From IMG/VR virus record IMGVR_UViG_3300031998_000020: 64,000 bases of DNA; one strand, given 5' to 3'. Source of the DNA: a virus. Its lineage: Duplodnaviria > Heunggongvirae > Uroviricota > Caudoviricetes. Under the pieces are notes generated by a model. It was not told the DNA's origin, made no database searches, and saw nothing but the letters and a program-made list of their open reading frames with translations. Shown piece after piece: positions 45,254 through 54,644 of the stretch. The position numbers and the translations under genes are program-made. Positions within the stretch are counted from its first letter, which is position 1. The number at the start of each line of letters is the position of its first letter.

Positions 45254-45267
45254 AAGCAAGAATAACT

Positions 45268-45477
45268 ATGGTAAATAAACTATCCGAGAGACATGCTGGT
45301 CAAGTTGAAGATGGCTATAAGTATATTGTTGTCTGCCCCTGTTGTGGGACACTCCTTAATTTCAGCCAAGTTGATGTCTACAAAAGCAAGGACAGTGGCT
45401 TAATCACCCAAGAGTACATCGACTGTCCTGAATGTAATGAGAGTATTCAATTGGATGAGAATTATTATTTCAGCTAA
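45268..45477 (+). CDS. Small zinc-ribbon protein.
   Basis: CPCCG...CPEC. Confidence 0.45.
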   Translation: MVNKLSERHAGQVEDGYKYIVVCPCCGTLLNFSQVDVYKSKDSGLITQEYIDCPECNESIQLDENYYFS

Positions 45478-45492
45478 AAAGGAGGAATAGAT

Positions 45493-45750
45493 ATGAGACT
45501 AAGCGAAATTAGCAAATACCACATATCCATACAAAGGAAAAAATACTGGAATAGAGTGAATAAACGCTATAAAGAGGAAGACTACTTTGTGTGGAAGGAA
45601 GGATGGGATGCAGCAATCCGATTCCTAAGCAAAATGGAGGACAAAGACACATTCTGTTGTCATTGCGGTAAGGCTATTGCACTCGAAGAGATGGAATGGT
45701 TCGGAGAAGACGTGTTCTGTAAAAAGTGTTTCAGGAAATTATATAAGTAG
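45493..45750 (+). CDS. Small zinc-ribbon protein.
   Basis: CCHCG...CKKC. Confidence 0.45.
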   Translation: MRLSEISKYHISIQRKKYWNRVNKRYKEEDYFVWKEGWDAAIRFLSKMEDKDTFCCHCGKAIALEEMEWFGEDVFCKKCFRKLYK

Positions 45751-45771
45751 TCAAGCAATGGAGGACTAGAT

Positions 45772-45906
45772 ATGACACAAAAAGAAAGAGAAATATTGTG
45801 GTCTTGTATTGATGACATAGTCAATTCTGATGAGCAAACAGATGCTTTGGTTTCATTATTCAATGAAGTAAAGAGGATGATTCATTATAAACACAAAGAG
45901 GGATAG
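45772..45906 (+). CDS. Short ORF carrying only the KPYLRP-family N-terminal signature (MTQKEREIL); possible gene remnant.
   Basis: 44 aa; GGAGGACTAGATATG junction. Confidence 0.3.
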   Translation: MTQKEREILWSCIDDIVNSDEQTDALVSLFNEVKRMIHYKHKEG

Positions 45907-45964
45907 ATATGACAAGTGACAGATGTAAGGGAATGTATAACTTTAATCATTAATCATAACATCA

Positions 45965-46891
45965 ATGGAAATATTTTCAAACAATAATATAGCATTGTTC
46001 TATGCAATAGGCTGTCTGTGGACGTTACTGACAATTATTGCTGACAGGAAGTATGATAGGGGTAATTGTACTTTCGGCAAGACAAAGACACAATTTGTGA
46101 TATCATCCATTATCTTTATCCTTCTTTCATGGACTTTTTTCTTACCGCTATGGATAAAGCACCGTTGGATACCTGACAATAAGAATGAGTTTAAGCAAAT
46201 AAAGGAAGAGCTAAAAAGAATTCCAGGCATACCGTTCTTACTTAGATTGGTAAACCCTTCATATTCTTATTGTGAGATTTGTGGATTGCCTTGGAATCAC
46301 ACAGAGAATCACACTGTGCAATTGAGCAAATCTGTGGGTTGTTTTGCCGTATGTGAATATTGTCATCAACACTCATCTAAGGGACGATTGATGGATGCCT
46401 ATAAAAGTGCATACAAGAAGTATTGGAGAGATGCTGATAGCAAACACTCATGGATATATTATGAACAGGCTATTGAAAAGGATATATCAAATAGAAATCT
46501 GGCACGGGAAGGTAAGGAGTTAATCTTGCGAGACATAAGCGCAAGGCTCCCATATAAGGTTAAGGTACAAGTAGAATATAGCGAAGAGCATGCATCTTCT
46601 TTTAGGGATAAATTCTGTAAAAGAGGATTGAATACCTTAACCACAGAGATATACCAACTTTTTCAAAAAGACGAAATAACACTCAAGCCATATTTCCGTC
46701 AGTATGAAGATATGACAGAAGATGAAAGCCATACGTATTATTTTCTACAGCAGCATTATCCTACTCCTTTTGGGGATGTGCACGTAGATACTGTTGCATC
46801 TATTGATTATCTGAATAAATGCCATATTGATTATCGAGGCATGATTGAACAGGATTTGGCTTTAAAGGCCACAAAAGACATGTATATATAG
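45965..46891 (+). CDS. Chimeric membrane / Cys-His / KPYLRP-family C-terminal-domain protein.
   Basis: N-terminal 2 TM, a CEICGLPWNH...CHQH cluster, then LILRDISARLPYKVKV...LKPYFRQYEDMTEDE...IDYRGMIEQDLALKATKDMY. Confidence 0.6.
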   Translation: MEIFSNNNIALFYAIGCLWTLLTIIADRKYDRGNCTFGKTKTQFVISSIIFILLSWTFFLPLWIKHRWIPDNKNEFKQIKEELKRIPGIPFLLRLVNPSYSYCEICGLPWNHTENHTVQLSKSVGCFAVCEYCHQHSSKGRLMDAYKSAYKKYWRDADSKHSWIYYEQAIEKDISNRNLAREGKELILRDISARLPYKVKVQVEYSEEHASSFRDKFCKRGLNTLTTEIYQLFQKDEITLKPYFRQYEDMTEDESHTYYFLQQHYPTPFGDVHVDTVASIDYLNKCHIDYRGMIEQDLALKATKDMYI

Positions 46892-46903
46892 CAATATTAA
46901 CAT

Positions 46904-47356
46904 ATGATTACAAGAGATAAAATTCAAAAGGAGATTTTTCTGTATTCGGAATCTCTGAACTGTCACCCAATTGAACAGCAAGCAGCTAACATATACATCA
47001 AGTGGCTGCAAGAGCATCCTAACTACTCAATGGATACAGTACAAATGCGCATTGCCTTTCAGGAGCGTGATGAAGATGCCCATGGTAACGGCGGTGGCTA
47101 TGATAAGTACGTCCGTATCTATCAGACAAGAGAAGAAACCGAAGAGGAATACAATGCCAGAATCGCTCAAGAGGAAAACATTCTTCTTGAAGGCTTCCAC
47201 AAAAAGTTACGAAGTTCCCTACAAAAGCTCGTTGAAGATTTGAACATCTATTCAGTTCTTGATTCACGTCAGAAAGTGACAGAGTATTTGGATAGCATGG
47301 ATGAAGCAATAATGAGAACACTAACAGAAAAAATCCACCAAACAACAAAAGAATAA
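46904..47356 (+). CDS. Hypothetical protein.
   Basis: ORF. Confidence 0.45.
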   Translation: MITRDKIQKEIFLYSESLNCHPIEQQAANIYIKWLQEHPNYSMDTVQMRIAFQERDEDAHGNGGGYDKYVRIYQTREETEEEYNARIAQEENILLEGFHKKLRSSLQKLVEDLNIYSVLDSRQKVTEYLDSMDEAIMRTLTEKIHQTTKE

Positions 47357-47358
47357 TT

Positions 47359-47484
47359 ATGATAAGTTACGATGATTACACATTCAGCGAATTGAATGAT
47401 TGGAGAGCTAGGAATCCAAAGGCTAAAATTATTAGCATTGAGACAAGAAACTCTTATTATAGAGTGTGGTATGAACATTTGTAA
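47359..47484 (+). CDS. Small hypothetical protein (41 aa).
   Basis: Fills a gap; weak support. Confidence 0.25.
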   Translation: MISYDDYTFSELNDWRARNPKAKIISIETRNSYYRVWYEHL

Positions 47485-47498
47485 ACCAAAGAGTAACT

Positions 47499-47918
47499 AT
47501 GAATAAAATAGAAGAAACAGCTATGCTTTTTGACTGGTTCTCAGACCGAGGTCAACCATTCCAGGTTCAAGGCATCGATGTAGATAACGGAGGCAGACAT
47601 CACCTCTGTAGCTCAATATATGGCTGGGAGAATAATGCAGATGTTGCACCCATGCCACTCAGCAAGGAAGTCATGGAGATAAACGGCTTTACACAGTGGG
47701 TAACTGAGCCTCAAGTGTGTTATATGCTGCCTAACCTCCCAGATGTCGTGTTCAGTATCAATGATGAAAACGAAAGCAATACATGCTCAATAACAACACT
47801 TGTTGACTATAACGGTATTATGCACGTTCTCATAACGGTAACTTATATTCATGAACTCCAGAGGGCTCTCCGTCAGTGTGGACTTTATGAATTCGCCAAT
47901 CAACTCAAAATCAAGTAA
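47499..47918 (+). CDS. GDWV/HELQHALR-family protein (divergent member).
   Basis: APMPLSKEVMEINGF...IHELQRALRQCGLYEFANQLKIK. Confidence 0.65.
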   Translation: MNKIEETAMLFDWFSDRGQPFQVQGIDVDNGGRHHLCSSIYGWENNADVAPMPLSKEVMEINGFTQWVTEPQVCYMLPNLPDVVFSINDENESNTCSITTLVDYNGIMHVLITVTYIHELQRALRQCGLYEFANQLKIK

Positions 47919-47920
47919 TC

Positions 47921-48154
47921 ATGGAGAAAAAACTTACAAAGGAAGAGAAGGCACAGGCATATGCCCAAGAACTTACAGAAAAGGCTCATTGTGGAACTGA
48001 ATTTACCACGGAAGAAATCGCACAAGCGTATCTGAAAGGGTATAATGAAGGTCATAATGATGCTTATGGCAAAGGTTTTAGTCAAGGCCATAAGGTAGGT
48101 TATAAGAAAGGCATTTATGAAGGTATACTAGACTGTAGTGACTACCATCTTTAA
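47921..48154 (+). CDS. Hypothetical small protein.
   Basis: ORF. Confidence 0.4.
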   Translation: MEKKLTKEEKAQAYAQELTEKAHCGTEFTTEEIAQAYLKGYNEGHNDAYGKGFSQGHKVGYKKGIYEGILDCSDYHL

Positions 48155-48166
48155 GTTAATAGAGTT

Positions 48167-48364
48167 ATGACATTATTTGAGCTAAAAAATAAAATAGACA
48201 AGATTCTGGAAGAACATCCATCATGGGGTGAAGTGAGCAGAATCGGTATTGTAACCAATACAGAGGAGGATGGTTGGAAGGAAATGACGTATCTGGAAGA
48301 CTTCCGAGCCATTTGTTGTGACGGCCAGGGAATGGTTGCCTTTGAGATGGTAATGGAGGAATAG
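48167..48364 (+). CDS. Hypothetical small protein (ends ...MVMEE).
   Basis: ORF. Confidence 0.4.
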   Translation: MTLFELKNKIDKILEEHPSWGEVSRIGIVTNTEEDGWKEMTYLEDFRAICCDGQGMVAFEMVMEE

Positions 48365-48385
48365 AACATATAGAACAAACTAGCA

Positions 48386-48428
48386 TAAAAAAAAGGACAC
48401 TCCTTGATAGGGGTGCCCTTTCTCTTTG
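48386..48428. terminator. Bidirectional intrinsic terminator (AAGGACAC...GGTGCCCTT, A-run on one side and T-run on the other).
   Basis: Lies between the convergent 48167(+) and 48430(-) genes. Confidence 0.65.
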
Positions 48429-48429
48429 T

Positions 48430-50982
48430 TTACCAATCCGTTATAATCGTCGCATTACTTGCTCCCCATTTATTAGATGGAACTGTACCCTTAAAATATA
48501 TCTTTGTCAAATTAGGACATTGATAGAAAATAGCTTTCTGGGCATTACCTGATGTAATCATGCTTATATTGGGGTTTTCAATCACAATAGAAGCAAGTGA
48601 AGGGCAATTTTTAAAAGCAGCAGTGTTCACTGTTTGTACCGAACTTGGTATCACCATAGCCGTTAGGCCTGAACATCCTTCAAAAGCATTCTCTCCTATA
48701 ATTTCCAAAGAACCTGGTAATTCGACGGTAGTCAAGGAATGACAGTCAAGAAAAGCCCCATTGTCAAGTAATTCCAAAGAATTACCTAATGTAACAGATG
48801 ACAAATTGATACACCAAAAGAATACGTTTTCACCTATACGTGTAACAGAATCAGGGATTGTTATGGAAGTAAGGCTTTCACAGTACATGAATGCACCGTC
48901 ATCAATTTCACTTACGGAATTACCTAAAGTAATAGCAGAAAGTTCAGTACAATCACAAAACGCACTTTCATCAATAAATTCTACTGTGTCAGGTATTGTT
49001 ATATTAGTTATTCCTGTACATCCAGAAAAGGCGTAATATCCAATACTTGTCACAGATGCGCCAAAGGTTATCCCCGTTAAGGACGTACATCCAGCAAACA
49101 TATCTCTTGGAAGTTCAGGAAGAGAATCACCGATAGTTACAGAAGTCAATTTTTTACAGTAAGTAAAATTGCCTGTGCTATTGTATGGCTCTGGCAAAAC
49201 AGTCACATTATCACCTATCACAAGATGTGTTATATTGGTAAAATGGCTAAATTCTATATTAGATGCGTTTGTTACAGAATCGCCAATAATCAATAGCCCA
49301 ACACCTGTCGTATTACCTAAAGTTCGAAAGTTGATATTCGCCGAAGAAGTGTCTACTGTAAGTGTAGTTACGTTAGTACAGCCTGAGAAAGCACCACCCT
49401 CAATTGACGTTACTCCGCTTCCGATATTCAGAGAACTAATACTCGAACAATTAAGGAATGCACATGGGCCAATACTTGTAACTGACTCTGGAATTGACAA
49501 AGTAGTTATTCCCACACAATTAGCAAATACATAGCCACTCAAAGATGTTATGCCATTTGGGATGTTGATAGACGTAACACTTGTACAACCAGAGAATGCA
49601 CCTACTCCGATAGAGGCTACGGTATCTGGAATGGTTATAGCTGACAAACCTGAACATTCAGCAAAAGCACCTTTACCAATATATGTCACAGTATCTGGGC
49701 AAAGCAATTGTGTCAGACTTTCACAATCAAAGAAAGTCATATCACCAATACGTCGTAATTCATTGCCCATTGTCACAGAAGCGAGGTTAGAACAACCTTG
49801 GAATGTTCCCGTCAGACTACTAACTGTGGTTGGTAGAACTATTGAAGTGATACTCGTACAACCAGAGAATGCACCTGTTCCGATATATGTTACTGATTCA
49901 GAAAGATTGATTGACTCCAAACCTGTACAACCACCGAAAGCATAATTACCAAGATATGTGATAGAACTTCCGAGAGTTATACTAGTCAGACTATCACACC
50001 CACAGAAAGCGTTATTCTCTATGTATGTAACACTATCAGGAATTGTAATACTGGATAGGCTAGTGCAATCTGCGAACATTCTATCACTGATATATTCAAG
50101 TTTCTCAGGCATATAAACCTCATTCAGTGCTGAACAGCCAGCAAGCATACTGTTAGGGACATACGTTACTGCACGGCTAAATGACACTTTTGTAATGCCT
50201 GGGTCACGATTGAAAGTGTAGTTTCCAGTAAAGCTGTATTTGGCACCTGCTGGCGAGTTATATGTAACATAACTATCTTCACCTATCTTGGTGAAATTGT
50301 CATGAAAATAATTCATATCGTAATAAACGTTGCCGTTCTCATCGCAAAAATTGCAATCATCCCCATTTACGGCAAGCCCTCTGACTTCTTCTATTGTATC
50401 TAGAAGAGAACCTAAGCCTAGATTGTCCTCTTGTAAAAGGAAACCAAATTCTTCATTATCATTCTCATTAATAAGGAACTTAGCTATCTTCATTTCGGTT
50501 GGTTCATCGACAGTGAGATAATAAAGAACCACGCCATAATATGCGGCATTCTTTGCCCTGTCATAATAGCAGATGCTATATGGGTTTATGGCACGGACTA
50601 TAATGACTGAGACCTCATATTCCGCAAAATCTTCGGCAGTATAATCTTCTGCACTACTTCTTGCCTCTGCTTCATCGTCTGAAATTGGCATCTCGCCATA
50701 CTCTTCGTCATAATATTTATAGAATTCCAAACCGTTCAAGTCATAGTTTGAATCCCTATACCACCAACCACCAGGACCCGTATAGACATTAGTAGGTAAT
50801 ATCCCGTGGAAGTCACCATTCAGTACGATTTTACCTTCACCCCATATTCGGCAAAAAGGCTCTCGATAATATTGTACCGTACTGTCCCCTTTATCATACA
50901 TGACATTATCCTTTGCTTCTGGATAATTGGCACTATCAGAGTACAATCCGTTTTTCAGAGAAAATTTTCTTAACTGTATCAT
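48430..50982 (-). CDS. BspA-type leucine-rich-repeat (LRR_5) surface-protein-like protein, 850 aa.
   Basis: More than 15 tandem units of about 23 aa (I.IPDSVT.IG..AF.GC..L.SI). This is the only large minus-strand gene in the window. Confidence 0.8.
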   Translation of the reverse strand: MIQLRKFSLKNGLYSDSANYPEAKDNVMYDKGDSTVQYYREPFCRIWGEGKIVLNGDFHGILPTNVYTGPGGWWYRDSNYDLNGLEFYKYYDEEYGEMPISDDEAEARSSAEDYTAEDFAEYEVSVIIVRAINPYSICYYDRAKNAAYYGVVLYYLTVDEPTEMKIAKFLINENDNEEFGFLLQEDNLGLGSLLDTIEEVRGLAVNGDDCNFCDENGNVYYDMNYFHDNFTKIGEDSYVTYNSPAGAKYSFTGNYTFNRDPGITKVSFSRAVTYVPNSMLAGCSALNEVYMPEKLEYISDRMFADCTSLSSITIPDSVTYIENNAFCGCDSLTSITLGSSITYLGNYAFGGCTGLESINLSESVTYIGTGAFSGCTSITSIVLPTTVSSLTGTFQGCSNLASVTMGNELRRIGDMTFFDCESLTQLLCPDTVTYIGKGAFAECSGLSAITIPDTVASIGVGAFSGCTSVTSINIPNGITSLSGYVFANCVGITTLSIPESVTSIGPCAFLNCSSISSLNIGSGVTSIEGGAFSGCTNVTTLTVDTSSANINFRTLGNTTGVGLLIIGDSVTNASNIEFSHFTNITHLVIGDNVTVLPEPYNSTGNFTYCKKLTSVTIGDSLPELPRDMFAGCTSLTGITFGASVTSIGYYAFSGCTGITNITIPDTVEFIDESAFCDCTELSAITLGNSVSEIDDGAFMYCESLTSITIPDSVTRIGENVFFWCINLSSVTLGNSLELLDNGAFLDCHSLTTVELPGSLEIIGENAFEGCSGLTAMVIPSSVQTVNTAAFKNCPSLASIVIENPNISMITSGNAQKAIFYQCPNLTKIYFKGTVPSNKWGASNATIITDW

Positions 50983-50989
50983 AATTCAA

Positions 50990-51035
50990 TTATTAGCTTT
51001 ACATTTAACATAAATACCAAATAAATGGTTAATTA
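50990..51035 (-). promoter_or_regulatory. Possible degenerate minus-strand promoter for the LRR gene.
   Basis: Reverse complement reads ...tatTTGGtatttatgttaaatgtaaagcTAatAATTG (one mismatch to TAnnTTTG). Confidence 0.3.
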
Positions 51036-51039
51036 TTGT

Positions 51040-51090
51040 TAATAATCGGTTATAGATTTGGTAATGTCATATTAAATGTTTACCTTTGCA
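51040..51090 (+). promoter_or_regulatory. Bacteroidota-type promoter (TTTG 51057; TACCTTTG 51081).
   Basis: ttgttaataatcggttatagatttggtaat ... TAccTTTG. Confidence 0.6.
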
Positions 51091-51109
51091 AGCAAAATCA
51101 AAATAACAT

Positions 51110-51424
51110 ATGGAAAAAGAGAATTTCAAGATTGATGTTCCTGTTATAGAGAACAGCACGGCCAAATTGTATGTCAACGGCCAATATAAAGGAGAGATTA
51201 ACGAAATTCAGTTATTCAAACTCAAATTACAGGTTTTGGACTATCTCAAGGAGACCAAGGATGAATCTATTCTTGATACATTCTATTTTGTCGGGCATGA
51301 AGACTCACCGTCTGACGAAATGCCAGAAAAGATAATCAAGACTACAATGGATAAGCATGGCTACCTAGTGGAGGAACTATGGGAACTTAACCATAGTATC
51401 AGAGCTTTACTAAAACTAATCTAA
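51110..51424 (+). CDS. Hypothetical protein, paralog of 33257..33586.
   Basis: See the 33257 gene. Confidence 0.55.
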   Translation: MEKENFKIDVPVIENSTAKLYVNGQYKGEINEIQLFKLKLQVLDYLKETKDESILDTFYFVGHEDSPSDEMPEKIIKTTMDKHGYLVEELWELNHSIRALLKLI

Positions 51425-51439
51425 TAAAATATAAGCTAT

Positions 51440-51673
51440 ATGAAACCAAATTTTTTTGATACGCCCTTTTTTGGTGCACTAGTATGTGTTATGATACTAG
51501 TCGTAGTTTCCCTTCTAGTTGTGTCAATAATAAAGGTGTTTAAAAGCCTCAAGGAACGTGATTGGGAGTTTGTTTTTAAGTATCTATTGCTGGTATTTTG
51601 GGCCATACTCCTTTTAGGTTGTATTGGTTTGCTCATTCCAAATGACATTTTAAAAATCACATTTTTATCTTAA
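51440..51673 (+). CDS. Small membrane protein (2 TM).
   Basis: Hydrophobic helices. Confidence 0.4.
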   Translation: MKPNFFDTPFFGALVCVMILVVVSLLVVSIIKVFKSLKERDWEFVFKYLLLVFWAILLLGCIGLLIPNDILKITFLS

Positions 51674-51690
51674 TTTAATTCACAATTTTT

Positions 51691-52512
51691 ATGAAAAAAT
51701 TTCTATTAATTTTATCTCTAACGATGACACTTGTCTCGTTGACAAGTTGTCATAGTGTCTCGCCAGATGCGGACGAAGAGGCAGTATTAATCTACAAGCC
51801 ATGGTTTTTTGGGCATGGTGGAGTTGATGACGAGGCCGTTACAAGTGGCCTAACATGGTGTTGGTGGTCAACACATTCAGAGTACTTTAAAATCATCCCA
51901 GTGAAACATCAGGTAAACATGGATGATTTGTTCTCTGATGATAACACACCGTTGGATTTCCATACGATTATCATCACCCAAATCGAGGCAGGTAAGTCTC
52001 CTATCCTACTCAAGAACTATGGTAAGGACTGGTTCAACACTAACATCTATAACTACTATTGTAACCTTGTCCGAGACCATATCTCACAGCATACTCCATT
52101 CGACCTTATGAGCAACCGAGCAATATTGAATGAGATTGACGAAAAGGTGCTAAACCAAATGAAGGAGCACATAGCAAAGTTGTCAAAGGAAAAGGAGTTT
52201 CCAGTATCAATCAAGCAGGTTACTATCGGTAAGGCAACTCCAAACCAAGAGCAGCTTGCAGAGATGAACAAGACCGCAAAGGCTGTTCAGGCGAAGCAGA
52301 CCCAAGAGCGAGAGGCTGAGGTTCAGATGGCCAGGGAAAAAGCTGAAAAACAGAGGGCAAAGGCTGACAAGGCATATCGAGAGTACCTGGGTTTGTCAAT
52401 TCCAGAATTCATCGAGCTACGTAAGTGGGAGGTCATCGAGAAGAAGTCAGGTGCCAATATCGACGTAATCGTTGGCGGTAGCTCTGCATCTATGATGTAT
52501 CCAGTCAAGTAA
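51691..52512 (+). CDS. Lipoprotein with a C-terminal charged coiled-coil.
   Basis: MKKFLLILSLTMTLVSLTSC lipobox; the C-terminus is QEREAEVQMAREKAEKQRAKADKA. Confidence 0.6.
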   Translation: MKKFLLILSLTMTLVSLTSCHSVSPDADEEAVLIYKPWFFGHGGVDDEAVTSGLTWCWWSTHSEYFKIIPVKHQVNMDDLFSDDNTPLDFHTIIITQIEAGKSPILLKNYGKDWFNTNIYNYYCNLVRDHISQHTPFDLMSNRAILNEIDEKVLNQMKEHIAKLSKEKEFPVSIKQVTIGKATPNQEQLAEMNKTAKAVQAKQTQEREAEVQMAREKAEKQRAKADKAYREYLGLSIPEFIELRKWEVIEKKSGANIDVIVGGSSASMMYPVK

Positions 52513-52558
52513 ATTATACTCAAAAGATAAATTCAAATTATTCAATTATACTCAAAAA

Positions 52559-52597
52559 ATCCCCGACAGTAATGTTGGGGATTTTCCTTTTTATTTA
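52559..52597 (+). terminator. Intrinsic terminator (CCCCGAC...GTTGGGG plus T-rich tract).
   Basis: Inverted repeat followed by attttcctttttat. Confidence 0.6.
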
Positions 52598-52611
52598 GTA
52601 TTTTTAAGTGA

Positions 52612-52660
52612 AAAAATGTTAAAAGATTTGGTTATATCGTATATTATTAGTATCTTTGCA
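52612..52660 (+). promoter_or_regulatory. Bacteroidota-type promoter (TTTG 52627; TATCTTTG 52651).
   Basis: atgttaaaagatttggtta ... TAtcTTTG. Confidence 0.65.
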
Positions 52661-52692
52661 TCAAAATCATAGAAAATTTCAACTACATAACT

Positions 52693-53145
52693 ATGTGTAC
52701 ATACTTAAAGGAAATTGAGCTAAAAACAGCAACCCACGACATAAAAGTGTACAAATTGGTCAAATGGGAAGATGGCAAATTCTTTGCGCCATACAGAAAT
52801 GTAGAATACCCTTCTAACACTCTCCACACAGAACTTGGCAAGGTTGTCACTAATCCGTATTGCTCATCCTATATAATGCAAACAGGTTCATGCTCATTCA
52901 TGTGTAAACATTCAATAAACATAGGATTACACTCATTCAAAAGCAAGTTACACGCCAAGCAAGCACTTAAAAATAAGCCTTGGGAGCCTCATTTCAGGTG
53001 GCTAGTGATAAAGGCAGTCATCCCAAAGGGTAGCCAATACTATGAGGGCTTTAGTGATTATCATGTAGGTGGTTATCTAATAAAGCCTGTCTATGTTTCT
53101 GATAATCTCATATTATATCCAGAAGAGATTATTGCTCAAATGTAA
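52693..53145 (+). CDS. Met-Cys-start family, member F.
   Basis: MCTYLKE...HDIKVYKLV...DGKFFAPYRNVEY...GLHSF...AVIPKGSQYYEG...VSDNLIL. Confidence 0.75.
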   Translation: MCTYLKEIELKTATHDIKVYKLVKWEDGKFFAPYRNVEYPSNTLHTELGKVVTNPYCSSYIMQTGSCSFMCKHSINIGLHSFKSKLHAKQALKNKPWEPHFRWLVIKAVIPKGSQYYEGFSDYHVGGYLIKPVYVSDNLILYPEEIIAQM

Positions 53146-53163
53146 TTAATAAAAGTAAACAAT

Positions 53164-53589
53164 ATGTGTACATTCCTAACAACTCGAAAAAGATATACAG
53201 CCAAAAAGAATATGGTTGTTTATAAAATCCTACGAAAAAAAGATGGTGAGTATTTCGCCCCTTACTACGGCACTTCCTACTCTAGCCACCAGTTGTCTAC
53301 TACTACACTTGGTAATCCACGATTCTATAACAACCCCAGTGTGAGAATGAACTATGGTATATGCCAAGGAATACATTCTTTCAGAACAATTCGGGCAGCA
53401 AAAGATTATTTCAACTCATCAGTCTTAGTGTTCCATGAAGACTTGTTTATCGTCAAGGCAATCGTCCCTAAAGGTTCAAACTACTATCCTGGCTATTATG
53501 ATTCAAAGTCAAGTCTCAAGCCAAATTCAATAGTATCCGATTCTATCCAATTAACCAATGAGGAGATTAAACTATGTGTGCATTCTTAA
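53164..53589 (+). CDS. Met-Cys-start family, member G.
   Basis: MCTFLTT...VVYKIL...DGEYFAPYYGTSY...GIHSF...AIVPKGSNYYPG. Confidence 0.75.
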   Translation: MCTFLTTRKRYTAKKNMVVYKILRKKDGEYFAPYYGTSYSSHQLSTTTLGNPRFYNNPSVRMNYGICQGIHSFRTIRAAKDYFNSSVLVFHEDLFIVKAIVPKGSNYYPGYYDSKSSLKPNSIVSDSIQLTNEEIKLCVHS

Positions 53590-54011
53590 TAGACAACAAA
53601 CCCCATGTTGCCGACAAAGACATAGAAGTCTATAAAATGGTCCTGGAACACAACGGTAAATTCTATGCCCCAATACGTGGAACCTTATACGAATCCAACG
53701 ACCTGTCTTCGGAGTTTGGTGAGGTATACGAGTCAGATTATCGTCAACCAATGAACAATACACCTTTGTTTTGTATAGACAAAGGACTATATTCATACTC
53801 AATGCTTGAAGATGCCAACAGACTCCTTTATGATTTTCAGATTATGGGTGGGTCATGCATAAAATACCGTATAATAAAGGCTATCATCCCGAAAGGTACG
53901 GAATATTATGCAGGGTTCGAGAGCTTCGGTTGTAATAGCCCTCTACTTGTCTCAAAGAGACTGATAATGGACTTTGAGAATATCGTGATTATCAAAGCAT
54001 CCTTGCCTTAA
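53574..54011 (+). CDS. Met-Cys-start family, member H.
   Basis: MCAFLID...DIEVYKMV...GKFYAPIRGTLYES...AIIPKGTEYYAG. Confidence 0.75.
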   Translation: MCAFLIDNKPHVADKDIEVYKMVLEHNGKFYAPIRGTLYESNDLSSEFGEVYESDYRQPMNNTPLFCIDKGLYSYSMLEDANRLLYDFQIMGGSCIKYRIIKAIIPKGTEYYAGFESFGCNSPLLVSKRLIMDFENIVIIKASLP

Positions 54012-54073
54012 GAGGCCAGTGATGTTTTAACATAAATAATTATTAACTCAATTAAAACAAATCATCAATAACA

Positions 54074-54529
54074 ATGTGCACAGTAATACATAATCTCACA
54101 AGAAAGACTGCCCAAGAAGACATCGAAGTATATAAGATTGTCATTATTGTTAATCTGTTTGGCAATTCGCAGATTGTAGCACCATATCGGTACACAGTAT
54201 ACGAATCTAACGATGTACACTCAGAACTCGAAGTGCCAACACCACATGTCGTTGAAACTGGCTGCGCTGGAGAAATGAACACGCATAAAATCGAAATAGG
54301 GCTACATTCCATTAAGAATTTGGACGATGCCAAGAGTATGTTTTTTTGGAGATTTAACAACAGAGGAACTTCACAGTTTAAGCTAATTAAAGCTACCATA
54401 CCAAAGGGAAGTGAATACTATGAGGGCTTCGACTTTATTAATGCCCTTGGTGACTATACATGGCCAATGCTTGTCTCTGACAGACTTATACTACACACCG
54501 ACGAAGTGATAGAATCTTCAAGAATATGA
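54074..54529 (+). CDS. Met-Cys-start family, member I.
   Basis: MCTVIHN...DIEVYKIV...APYRYTVYES...GLHSI...ATIPKGSEYYEG...VSDRLIL. Confidence 0.75.
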   Translation: MCTVIHNLTRKTAQEDIEVYKIVIIVNLFGNSQIVAPYRYTVYESNDVHSELEVPTPHVVETGCAGEMNTHKIEIGLHSIKNLDDAKSMFFWRFNNRGTSQFKLIKATIPKGSEYYEGFDFINALGDYTWPMLVSDRLILHTDEVIESSRI

Positions 54530-54557
54530 TTCATAAGGCCAAGCAATTGGCCTTTTT
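54530..54557 (+). terminator. Intrinsic terminator (GGCCAA-gcaa-TTGGCC plus T6).
   Basis: Perfect 6-bp stem, GNRA-type loop, T-run. Confidence 0.7.
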
Positions 54558-54602
54558 TGTTAAAAATACTTAATAAATTTGGCGATTAGGAATATTATCG
54601 TT
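54552..54602 (+). promoter_or_regulatory. Bacteroidota-type promoter (TTTG 54568; TATCTTTG 54592).
   Basis: ttgttaaaaatacttaataaatttggcg ... TAtcTTTG. Confidence 0.6.
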
Positions 54603-54644
54603 ATCTTTGCAACAAATTAAAATATATTACATTAAAATAGAGAT

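Noticed and set aside
48560-49945. A + strand ORF series inside the LRR gene.
   Set aside because: They lie on the repeat-rich antisense of a clearly supported 850-aa minus-strand BspA-like LRR ORF and have no independent signals.
51691-52512. SPFH/band-7 assignment for the lipoprotein.
   Set aside because: Only the charged coiled-coil tail resembles it. No clear SPFH core, so kept as a generic lipoprotein.
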